Origin: an archaeon GW2011_AR15
Lineage (GTDB): Archaea > Nanobdellota > Nanobdellia > Woesearchaeales > GW2011-AR15
Assembly: GCA_000830295.1 (NCBI GenBank)
Contig: CP010425.1
Coordinates: 1,093,691 to 1,157,690 of the forward strand
Direction: 5' to 3'
DNA: 64,000 bases
Positions 38,259 to 46,720 of the stretch are shown here, piece after piece; within the stretch, counting starts at the first letter, position 1; every line of letters begins with the position of its first letter. The notes beneath the pieces were generated by a model, which saw only the letters and a program-made list of their open reading frames with translations, made no database searches and was not told the DNA's origin. The translations under genes and the position numbers were made by a program.

Positions 38259-39512
38259 GTTCTTCAGTGTTGGTGCAATTGTATTTTCAACAGCCAAATC
38301 TATGAGTTCTTTTGTCATTGCTCCGGGAGGAGGCGCTATTCTTGTGTATGCAACATCCTTTTCTTTATCATAATGGCCATGCTTCATGAAAATTCTCGGC
38401 TCTCTTTTTCCCAGGAGCATCTCCTGGCAGACGTGCTCTGCTGTTTTTACTCCTTTCAGCTCAACCCTTATCAGCAGGCCCCTGTTCTCAACAGCAATGC
38501 CGGGGATCTCCTTTCTCAGTTTCTGCACAAAATAATCCCCAAGCTCCCTTGATTTTTTCGGGATATCCTCCTCTTCAATATATTTCAGCGCTGCAACTGC
38601 TGCTGCGCATGCAATGGGATAGCCTCCATAGGTGCTACCGTCGCTTCCCGGCGTATACACTTTCATGAATTCTTCTGTGCCCACAACAGCTGAAACAGGG
38701 ATGATCCCGCCTCCCAATGCTTTCCCGAGAGTTACAAAATCAGGCCTTGCCTCTTCCCCGTATTCCTGCCATGCCATAATATAGCCGCATCTTCCGAGCC
38801 CGGTCTGTATCTCATCCAGCCCTAAAAACAAATTATGCACATCACAAAGTTTCTTCACTCCAACCAGGAATTCTTTTTTCGAAAATATCGGGCCGCCTTC
38901 CCCTTTATGTGTTTCTAAAAACATGCCGACTGTGTTTTTGTTTATCGCCTTTCCTATTGCCTCAAGGGTGTTGTCAACCACAACTATCCCCTGCGCCCTG
39001 GGAAGCCTCCTGAAAGACTGGTCAGAATCAAACAATGCGTTTGATGCGAATATCCATGTCCTGCCGTGGAAATAGTCCTTTGTGAGTATGACTTCCGGGT
39101 TTTTTATTCCCCTTTCATGGCCGTGCATCAATAATCCGCTTATTGCAGAATCTGCTGCTGAGCCTCCGTCGCTTTTTGGAAGCACCCGGTCATAGCCTGT
39201 CAGCCTTGTGACAGCCCTGACCATCTCAGCGAATCTTGCGCTGTACAATGCCCTGCTCACTAAGTCAGAGCCGTGCCTCATCTCATCTTCCACTGCTTTT
39301 ATTATTCCAGGATGCCTGTGGCTCAAAATTGCTGAATATGCTGACAGGAAGTCCAATGCTTTATTTCCCTCAGGATCAATAAGCCACGGGCCTTCTGCTT
39401 TTTCAACAACAAACGGATAAGGAGAATAATTGGTTGCACTGTACTTGTCTATTTCAGCTATTATTCTTGCGCTCTTCTCTCCCAAAGGACTGAACTTTTT
39501 ATCCTCACCCAT
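38250..39512 (-). CDS. rocD: Class III aminotransferase, ornithine aminotransferase-like
   Basis: DFLSAYSA, FHGRT, DEIQTGLGRCG, LGKALGGG, GSTYGG. Confidence 0.8.
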   Translation of the reverse strand: MGEDKKFSPLGEKSARIIAEIDKYSATNYSPYPFVVEKAEGPWLIDPEGNKALDFLSAYSAILSHRHPGIIKAVEDEMRHGSDLVSRALYSARFAEMVRAVTRLTGYDRVLPKSDGGSAADSAISGLLMHGHERGIKNPEVILTKDYFHGRTWIFASNALFDSDQSFRRLPRAQGIVVVDNTLEAIGKAINKNTVGMFLETHKGEGGPIFSKKEFLVGVKKLCDVHNLFLGLDEIQTGLGRCGYIMAWQEYGEEARPDFVTLGKALGGGIIPVSAVVGTEEFMKVYTPGSDGSTYGGYPIACAAAVAALKYIEEEDIPKKSRELGDYFVQKLRKEIPGIAVENRGLLIRVELKGVKTAEHVCQEMLLGKREPRIFMKHGHYDKEKDVAYTRIAPPPGAMTKELIDLAVENTIAPTLKNLK

Positions 39513-39611
39513 AAAGCTGGATTAAAATGCTACTGGTATATAAAGTTTACATAAACGGAACTTTTATTTAAGAAAAATTTAATAACAGGCGAAGTTTTTA
39601 AAATTCAAATC

Positions 39612-39685
39612 GGGGTTATGGTGTAGCTTGGCTATCATCCGTCGCTTGGGACGACGAGACCCAGGTTCAAATCCTGGTAACCCCA
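39612..39685 (+). tRNA. tRNA-Pro (TGG)
   Basis: Acceptor GGGGTTA/TAACCCC, CGTCG-CTTGGGA-CGACG, CCAGG-TTCAAAT-CCTGG. Confidence 0.95.
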
Positions 39686-39771
39686 TTTAACCTTACGGTT
39701 AATACCAAATATGGGCTATTCAGCGAAGCTGAATAGGGCACGGGATGATAAGGGTGAAACCCTTATGTGGT

Positions 39772-39790
39772 AATCCTGGTAACCCCACCA
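39772..39790 (+). repeat. Direct repeat of the tRNA-Pro(TGG) 3' end, extended by CCA
   Basis: AATCCTGGTAACCCCA identical to 39670-39685, followed by CCA. Confidence 0.9.
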
Positions 39791-39954
39791 TTTATTAAAC
39801 TCCCTGCTAAGGGTTGACCCTAGGGAGACTTCTGTGCACTTAGTCACTATATAGTAACAAGAATTTAGAAATATTTATATATCTCTAGCCCAATTAATCT
39901 AAGGATATCAGTAAGGGGACCACAGAGTAATTCTGTGTTCTTGTGGAGGGTTAA

Positions 39955-41538
39955 ATGACAAACATTGATCTGGTAGGGCAACCTATAGGCCATTTGCTGG
40001 ACAGGGATGCCAGACTTGAGACATATAAAAAAATAGACAATTTCTTGGCACTGCCTGATGGCTTTGACAAATCCAGTGTGCTGGACATGATGGCATACAT
40101 GAAAAACAGCCTGCCTGATAATCTTGAAGAAGTGCTGAAGGAAACAAAAGGCATGAGGATAGACACTATCGGCGGCGGCATTTCAGGAGTCATGACTGCC
40201 TACATGGCAGGAGAATTATCAAGGCTATATAATCTAAACTGGGAAATTCATGTCTGGGACAAAAATTCAGGGGCAGGGCTTGGGTCAACAATGGAGAGTG
40301 CTGCAAGGATAAGGACCTCCTTATACAGCAGGGAAGAAGTGAGAGGCTCAGCAGGCGCTTCAATGTTCTATGACAATCTTGCTGATATCCTGGCAAGAGG
40401 GGCAAGAGAATCAGGAGTTGAGTGGGTGCATGATGTCCATACAGGAATTGAGAGAGCCAGCTACCTGTGGCTTTTCGAGTCAAGGCACAAATGGGTGGAT
40501 GGTAAAAAAGTAGAGAATGGCGTGCTGGACGGAATAATAGAAAACCACAAAGTCCTGGCAGAGCTCGGCATACCTACATATGTTCTTACACCGGGCCAGG
40601 TGGAGATGCTGATGCCTGACCTCCAGATAAACAAGGAAAGTTTTGAGTTTGCCTACATGGGGCCTACAGACGGCCACATAGAGCCGACAAATGTAGTGAA
40701 TGCCCTGGAAAGATATGGGAAAGATGTCCTTGGGGTGAAGTTCCACTATGACCAGAGTGTTGAAGAGATAATAATCAATCCAGGGGAAAGGATAAGGTTC
40801 AGGACAAAATACACTGACCCAAGCGCACCAGAGGAAATGCAGGAGCATGAGACAGACAGGCTTAGCCTGACAACAGGCTCATTCACAGAATGGCTTAACG
40901 GGAGGGTAAAGCTGGACGGAAAAACTGTCGGGAAGCTTGACCTCAGCATCAGGCCTGTTGCAAGGCAGCTTACGCACATAGGGGGATATGATGAAAACGA
41001 GCTGAGACAGTTTGAGCCTTTCATTGTCTACATGACTTCAAATGAGCCCGGCAACAGCAAGCAGACAGGCGTCTACCTTTCAAGGGAATCAAGAGGAAGC
41101 AGCAGGATAATAGTGGGATGTGCGGGTGACAATGACCCCAGATTCGACCTTGAAAAGATGATGGCCGGAAAAGACCTGAAATTCAACGGCACAAGCCCAA
41201 ATCTTGATTACTTTATGGGCCTGATGATTGACAGCACAGGGATTATGGATGTCTTTCCTATTATCCTGGAAAAAATGAAAATAATAAAGCATACAGGCGC
41301 AACCTACGGCTACACAAAGGACGGCAGCTACCTTGCTGGCCCGCTTGACCAGCTGAATGCTGTCAACCCAAATGGACTGGTAACAATAGATGCAGGCCAC
41401 AACGGCCACGGGATAATGATATCGCCTGATACTGCGCTTTCAAACGTCCTATCAATGGTCGGGCTGGCAAATACTCCTGAGACAAACCATTACCATCCTT
41501 CAAGGGACATGTCAATGGCAGGCACAACCAGCATCTAG
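39955..41538 (+). CDS. FAD-dependent oxidoreductase, DAO/sarcosine oxidase beta/proline dehydrogenase-like
   Basis: IGGGISG, GSTMESAARIR, DGHIEP, YGYTKDG, GHNGHGIMISP. Confidence 0.8.
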   Translation: MTNIDLVGQPIGHLLDRDARLETYKKIDNFLALPDGFDKSSVLDMMAYMKNSLPDNLEEVLKETKGMRIDTIGGGISGVMTAYMAGELSRLYNLNWEIHVWDKNSGAGLGSTMESAARIRTSLYSREEVRGSAGASMFYDNLADILARGARESGVEWVHDVHTGIERASYLWLFESRHKWVDGKKVENGVLDGIIENHKVLAELGIPTYVLTPGQVEMLMPDLQINKESFEFAYMGPTDGHIEPTNVVNALERYGKDVLGVKFHYDQSVEEIIINPGERIRFRTKYTDPSAPEEMQEHETDRLSLTTGSFTEWLNGRVKLDGKTVGKLDLSIRPVARQLTHIGGYDENELRQFEPFIVYMTSNEPGNSKQTGVYLSRESRGSSRIIVGCAGDNDPRFDLEKMMAGKDLKFNGTSPNLDYFMGLMIDSTGIMDVFPIILEKMKIIKHTGATYGYTKDGSYLAGPLDQLNAVNPNGLVTIDAGHNGHGIMISPDTALSNVLSMVGLANTPETNHYHPSRDMSMAGTTSI

Positions 41539-41577
41539 GCATTGATTTTTATATAACTTTTATTTTTCATTTTTCGG

Positions 41578-42244
41578 GTGGTTAAAAATTGTATTTGTAA
41601 CAGGTATTGTTTTCAATGATAAGCATGCGCTTCTTGCGGCATACCAGCCTGCAGAAAACAGCTATGTTCCGGTAAAAAACCCTAATCTTGCAGACCCTCC
41701 TGGCTTTACTATCCTTAAATCCTATAATAATGGCTATGCCGGCGGAATAGGAAGCATGGATGCGCTGCAGTGGATAGACGGCTTTGAGCTGGATGCGCCT
41801 TTTTCTGCTGGTTATATGGAAAAAGCCCTGATGCACTCAAGGGCAAACTCAGGCAAGTTCAATAACCTCACCCAGGTTTTTGTGCAAACAGCAGGAGAAG
41901 AATACCCTGAGGCAACCCTGCTCGGATTGATAAAAGAAGAAAATGGACTGGGATTATACAAAGCCTCCATGATATTTCCGGCACCTCTTCCTGTCCACGA
42001 GCAATACGAGACTCTTGGTGATTATGGAGGGGTAATAGACAGGATGCTGGCAAAAATAGAGAATAATGATGCTTCAAAAACCCTTAAGGAATTGTCCTCT
42101 TTGGCAGAAGAGAAATACGGGTCGGGAGGCAGCTACAGGGTGGCTGTATTTGACGACCTTGGACACGGGGAATTCCGCGGGGAGGATATGAACCTCATTG
42201 TCCGGCTTATTGAAATGCGCAGAATTTCCGGAAAAAAACAATAA
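41578..42244 (+). CDS. Divergent Ntn-fold (proteasome-subunit-like) protein with an apparent frameshift near the start
   Basis: Frame of ORF 41756..42244 is open back to 41546; GTG at 41578 is out of frame by one A of an A5 run. Confidence 0.5.
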
Positions 42245-42280
42245 CATTTATATAGGAAATACACCATAGCTTAAAGTTCT

Positions 42281-42331
42281 ATGATAAAATTAGATTACAA
42301 TAAATCTTTATTGCCCCCCAGTTCTCTTTAG
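42281..42331 (+). promoter_or_regulatory. Putative proline-sensing leader peptide MIKLDYNKSLLPPSSL
   Basis: ATG...CCC CCC...TAG, ~26 nt after TTTATATA (42248-42255), 53 nt before proB. Confidence 0.55.
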
Positions 42332-42384
42332 TCATCGGCCTTTCAAAACATCATACTCTTTGAATATTCTGTTAAAAATAAACA

Positions 42385-43215
42385 ATGGTGGTTACGATTA
42401 CAAGCAGGAATCAGCTCAGGAAAACAAAAAGGATCATTGTCAAGATAGGGACAAGTACGCTTATGAGCAGCAACAGCTTCAACAGCGCTGTGATGGGCAG
42501 CATAGCAGAACAGGTGAAAGAGCTCAGGCAGAGCGGAAAGGAAGTTGTCATTGTAGCGAGCGGAGCCATAGGCCTGGGGATGACAAGCAGGCTAGCAGAC
42601 AGCAGCGACACATTAAAGCAGTGCTTTGCTTCAATAGGCCAGAACATGATGATGAGACACATCACAGACTGCTTCACACTGCATTCGCTCGATGTCTCGC
42701 AGATATTAGTAAACCATAAGGACCTTCTGGGGAATGAAAGCAGCCACATAAAAGACATGATAAATGCGCTTCTTGAGATGGAGATAATCCCTGTAATAAA
42801 CCAGAATGATGCGATCTCCAGGGAAGAGATAACAAAATACGATAATGACACACTTTCTGCACATGTAGCAAACCTCATAGGTGCAGAGCTTCTCATACTG
42901 CTCACTGATGTGGACGGGCTTTACAGGAGCGATAAAACAAAAGAAGTAATAGATTTTGTAGAGGAACTCAGCAGTGATATTTATAACTGCGTGAATCTTT
43001 CAGGCTCAGGACTTGGAAGGGGCGGGATGAAGTCAAAGATAAGTGCTGCGCGGATAATGAAAAAGCACACTGTGATTGCAAACGGCGCTTCAGAAGAGAT
43101 AATAAGTAAAATAGTGAGTGGCGAAATCATCGGCACTCATCTGGCACTGAACGGAGGAGAAAAAAGTGAGGATTGGACTGATAGGAGCAGGAAATCTTGG
43201 GAAATGTATGATTGA
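42385..43215 (+). CDS. proB: Glutamate 5-kinase (no PUA domain)
   Basis: IVKIGTS, VASGAI, PVINQND, DNDTLSA, LTDVDGLY, GRGGMKSK. Confidence 0.92.
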   Translation: MVVTITSRNQLRKTKRIIVKIGTSTLMSSNSFNSAVMGSIAEQVKELRQSGKEVVIVASGAIGLGMTSRLADSSDTLKQCFASIGQNMMMRHITDCFTLHSLDVSQILVNHKDLLGNESSHIKDMINALLEMEIIPVINQNDAISREEITKYDNDTLSAHVANLIGAELLILLTDVDGLYRSDKTKEVIDFVEELSSDIYNCVNLSGSGLGRGGMKSKISAARIMKKHTVIANGASEEIISKIVSGEIIGTHLALNGGEKSEDWTDRSRKSWEMYD

Positions 43216-43933
43216 TGCGCTTACCGATAATAAGATAACGCCTCTGGTGAGCGATGCCGTCGAGGGAGAATACAAAGGCATAGCCATAAAATCAGATAAT
43301 AAGTCTGTTATAGAGAATTCTGATATTGTAATACTGTGCGTCAAGCCCCAGGTAATGGCTGCTGTCTTAGAAGAAATAAAAGGCAGCCTGGACGGAAAGC
43401 TCACTATAACCTTCGCAGCAGGCCTTCCTCTTGAATTCTATGAATCGAGAGCAGAAGCAAGATTTGTGAGGGTAATGACAAACATGGCGCTGAAATACAG
43501 CCAGGGGGTCAACATATTCATTGCAGGGAAAAACTGCACTGAGGAAGACAAGAAAGCAGCTGAAAAAGTGCTGAAATGCTTCGGCTATGTCGCTGAAGCA
43601 GGCGATGAATCGCTTATAGACACTGTAACAGGGGTCTCAGGAAGCGCAATTGCCTATTTCATAAAAATAATTGATGTCTTCGTGAAATCTGCGCAGAAAT
43701 ACGATTTGAGCGAGGAAGAGGCAAAAAAAATAGTCTATGAAACTGTAAAAGGCGCAGTGAAGCTTATGGAGAGCGGGGAGCCTGCTGATTCCATCATCTC
43801 GAAGATTGCCTCAAAAGGAGGCACAACAGAGCAGGGGCTCAGGGAGATGGATGAGAAAGGGCTTTCTGATATACTGGAGAGCACTGTTGAGAAGACAATA
43901 GGGAAATGCAGGTCCCTGGCTGGCAAAAAATGA
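43166..43933 (+). CDS. proC: Pyrroline-5-carboxylate reductase
   Basis: IGAGNLG, LCVKPQ, RVMTN, GVSGS, ASKGGTT. Confidence 0.93.
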   Translation: MRIGLIGAGNLGKCMIDALTDNKITPLVSDAVEGEYKGIAIKSDNKSVIENSDIVILCVKPQVMAAVLEEIKGSLDGKLTITFAAGLPLEFYESRAEARFVRVMTNMALKYSQGVNIFIAGKNCTEEDKKAAEKVLKCFGYVAEAGDESLIDTVTGVSGSAIAYFIKIIDVFVKSAQKYDLSEEEAKKIVYETVKGAVKLMESGEPADSIISKIASKGGTTEQGLREMDEKGLSDILESTVEKTIGKCRSLAGKK

Positions 43934-45153
43934 TAACAGAGATGGCGGCAAAGGCAAGGGAAGCTTCATTAGAGCTTGCCAGGCTGACAGCTGAGCAGAA
44001 AAACAGGATTCTTCTGGATATGGCTGATTCGCTGGATAAAAACAGGGGCAGGATAATTGCAGCAAATAATACTGATGTTGGGAATGCAGTGGGCGTGATA
44101 AAAGACTCTTTAATCGACAGGCTGAAGCTGAACGAGAGCAGGATAGATTTAATGATAGAGTCGCTCAGGCAGCTTGCCGGGCTGAAAGATTATGTTGGAG
44201 AGATAATCAGCGAGAGAACGCTTGAAAACGGGCTTGTGCTTACTGAAAAAAGAGTCCCCTTCGGAGTTATAGGCATAATATATGAGTCAAGGCCGAACGT
44301 GACTGCTGATGTATGCGGAATCTGCCTGAAAAGCTCCTCTGCTGTAATACTCAAGGGAGGGAAAGAGGCAATTAACTCCAACAGGGTTCTTGTTGGGCTG
44401 CTTAGCAGGGCATGCCCTGTAAAAGATGCATTCCAGCTTGTTGAGTCATCTGACAGGGAGATAACAGCACAGATGATGAACTTAACAGGACATATAGACC
44501 TTATCATACCAAGAGGCGGGGAAGGCCTTATAAGATTTGTAAGGGAGAATTCCAAAATCCCTGTTATCGAGACAGGCACAGGAAACTGCCATATCTACCT
44601 TGATGAGGAGCATGACCCTGTAAAAGCCCTCAATATAATAATAAACGCAAAGACGCAGAGGCCAAGCGTATGCAATGCAGCTGAAAAGCTGCTTATACAC
44701 AAAAATGTGGGCCGGGATTTCATAAAAAAAATAGCTGGCGAGCTTAAAGAAAGGGGCGTTGAGATATTAGGCTGCGAAAGGACGCAGAAGATTATCGGCT
44801 GTTCTGCCGCCACAGAGAAAGACTGGCATACTGAATTCCTTGACCTTAAGATCGGAATAAAGATTGTTGATGATGCTGAGCAGGCAATAAGGCACATTAA
44901 CAAGTACGGCACAAGGCATTCAGAGGCAATAATAAGCAATAGCAGGGAAAACATAGATAAGTTCCTGAATGAAGTGGACGCTGCTGCGGTCTACTCAAAC
45001 GCCTCGACAAGATTTACAGACGGCTATGAATACGGGCTTGGCACAGAAATAGGGATAAGCACCCAGAAGCTCCATGCAAGAGGGCCGATGGGGCTGAAGG
45101 CAATGACAACAACCAAATATATCATTAAAGGGGACGGCCAGGTAAGAGAATAA
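43930..45153 (+). CDS. proA: Gamma-glutamyl phosphate reductase
   Basis: IYESRPNVT, IIPRGG, CNAAE, NASTRFTDG, ISTQKLHARGPMG; ATGA overlap with proC. Confidence 0.95.
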   Translation: MITEMAAKAREASLELARLTAEQKNRILLDMADSLDKNRGRIIAANNTDVGNAVGVIKDSLIDRLKLNESRIDLMIESLRQLAGLKDYVGEIISERTLENGLVLTEKRVPFGVIGIIYESRPNVTADVCGICLKSSSAVILKGGKEAINSNRVLVGLLSRACPVKDAFQLVESSDREITAQMMNLTGHIDLIIPRGGEGLIRFVRENSKIPVIETGTGNCHIYLDEEHDPVKALNIIINAKTQRPSVCNAAEKLLIHKNVGRDFIKKIAGELKERGVEILGCERTQKIIGCSAATEKDWHTEFLDLKIGIKIVDDAEQAIRHINKYGTRHSEAIISNSRENIDKFLNEVDAAAVYSNASTRFTDGYEYGLGTEIGISTQKLHARGPMGLKAMTTTKYIIKGDGQVRE

Positions 45154-45206
45154 TTTAAATATAGATGGCGGTTTCAGAATAGTTAGTATTGTGGTGATGG
45201 GATAGG

Positions 45207-46664
45207 ATGGCAAAAGAGGATAAAAAACAGACAACAGTAGGACTAAGCGTAAAAAAAGACGAAAATTCCAGCGAATGGTATACCCAGGTCATACAGAAAA
45301 CAGAGCTTGCTGATTATTCTGTTGTATCAGGCTGCATTGTATTCAGGCCTTATTCCTACCAGATATGGGACAACATAAAGAATTTCTTTGATGCAAAAAT
45401 AAGGAAGTCCGGAGTTGATAACGCATATTTTCCCATGTTCATCCCTGAATCGCTGCTTATGAAAGAGCAGGAGCATGTTGCAGGATTCACTCCTGAAGTT
45501 GCATGGGTGACTCATGCAGGAGACACGAAACTCAGCGAGAGGCTGGCCATCAGGCCGACTTCAGAGACAATAATGTATGACTCATACAGCAAATGGATAC
45601 GCTCATACAACGACCTTCCTCTGAGGATAAACCAGTGGAACTCTGTAGTGAGGTGGGAGTTCAAGCACGCTATCCCTTTCCTGAGGACAAGGGAGTTCCT
45701 GTGGCAGGAGGGCCACACAGTATTTGCAACACAGAAAGATGCAGGGGATGAAGTGCTTGAGATACTTGATTACTATGCCGAGGTTTTTGAAGACCTTCTG
45801 GCAATCCCCGTGATAAAAGGAAAAAAAACAGAGTCTGAAAAATTCGCAGGCGCTTTGTATTCAACAACAGTCGAGACTTACCTTCCTGTAAAAAAAGCAA
45901 TCCAGGGCGCGACATCCCACTGCCTTGGCCAGAATTTTGCAAAGGCGTTTGACATTAAGTTTGTGGACAGGGACGGAGAGACAAAGCTTGCATGGCAGAA
46001 CTCATGGGGGCTTTCAACAAGGACAATAGGGATAATGATCCTGATGCATGGGGATGATAAAGGCCTTGTGCTTCCGCCAAGGGTCGCACCTATAACCGCT
46101 GTTATCATACCCATTCTGTTTGACAAGACAAAAGACATGCTGCTGAAGAAGGCAAATGAGCTGAAGAAGATGCTTTCAGAAGATTACACAGTTAAGCTTG
46201 ATGACAGGGCTGACTACAGGCCCGGCTGGAAATTCAATGAATGGGAGCTTAAGGGCGTGCCTTTAAGGATTGAGCTCGGGCCAAAAGACCTTGAGAATGA
46301 GCAGGTCATGATAGCAAGAAGGGACACAGGAAAAAAGACAGCAGTAAAATGGAAGGACCTGAAGAAAGGCGTTGACAGGCTGCTGAATGAGATGCATAAA
46401 AACCTTTACGAAAAGGCAAAGGCGCACCTGAAGGAAAGCATCAGGGATGTAAAAGACTGGAAAGAATTCATGAAGGCGGTCCATGACAAGAAATGGGTTA
46501 AAGCGCATCACTGCGGCAATGCTGACTGCGAAGCCTCAATAAAAGAGAAAAGCGGCGGGCTTAAGACAAACTGCATACCTTTTGAGCAGCCGAAAAAATT
46601 AGGGAAGTGCGTGCTTTGCGGAAAGCCTGCAAAATACGAAGTTTTATTCGCCAAAAGCTACTGA
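45207..46664 (+). CDS. proS: Prolyl-tRNA synthetase (archaeal/eukaryotic type)
   Basis: RPTSETIMY, FLRTREFLWQEGH, QNSWGLSTR, C-terminal AKSY. Confidence 0.97.
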   Translation: MAKEDKKQTTVGLSVKKDENSSEWYTQVIQKTELADYSVVSGCIVFRPYSYQIWDNIKNFFDAKIRKSGVDNAYFPMFIPESLLMKEQEHVAGFTPEVAWVTHAGDTKLSERLAIRPTSETIMYDSYSKWIRSYNDLPLRINQWNSVVRWEFKHAIPFLRTREFLWQEGHTVFATQKDAGDEVLEILDYYAEVFEDLLAIPVIKGKKTESEKFAGALYSTTVETYLPVKKAIQGATSHCLGQNFAKAFDIKFVDRDGETKLAWQNSWGLSTRTIGIMILMHGDDKGLVLPPRVAPITAVIIPILFDKTKDMLLKKANELKKMLSEDYTVKLDDRADYRPGWKFNEWELKGVPLRIELGPKDLENEQVMIARRDTGKKTAVKWKDLKKGVDRLLNEMHKNLYEKAKAHLKESIRDVKDWKEFMKAVHDKKWVKAHHCGNADCEASIKEKSGGLKTNCIPFEQPKKLGKCVLCGKPAKYEVLFAKSY

Positions 46665-46720
46665 TTTCCTACTGCATATGAGTAAAATATATAAAGGAGG
46701 ATATACCTTTTAGTATAAGA

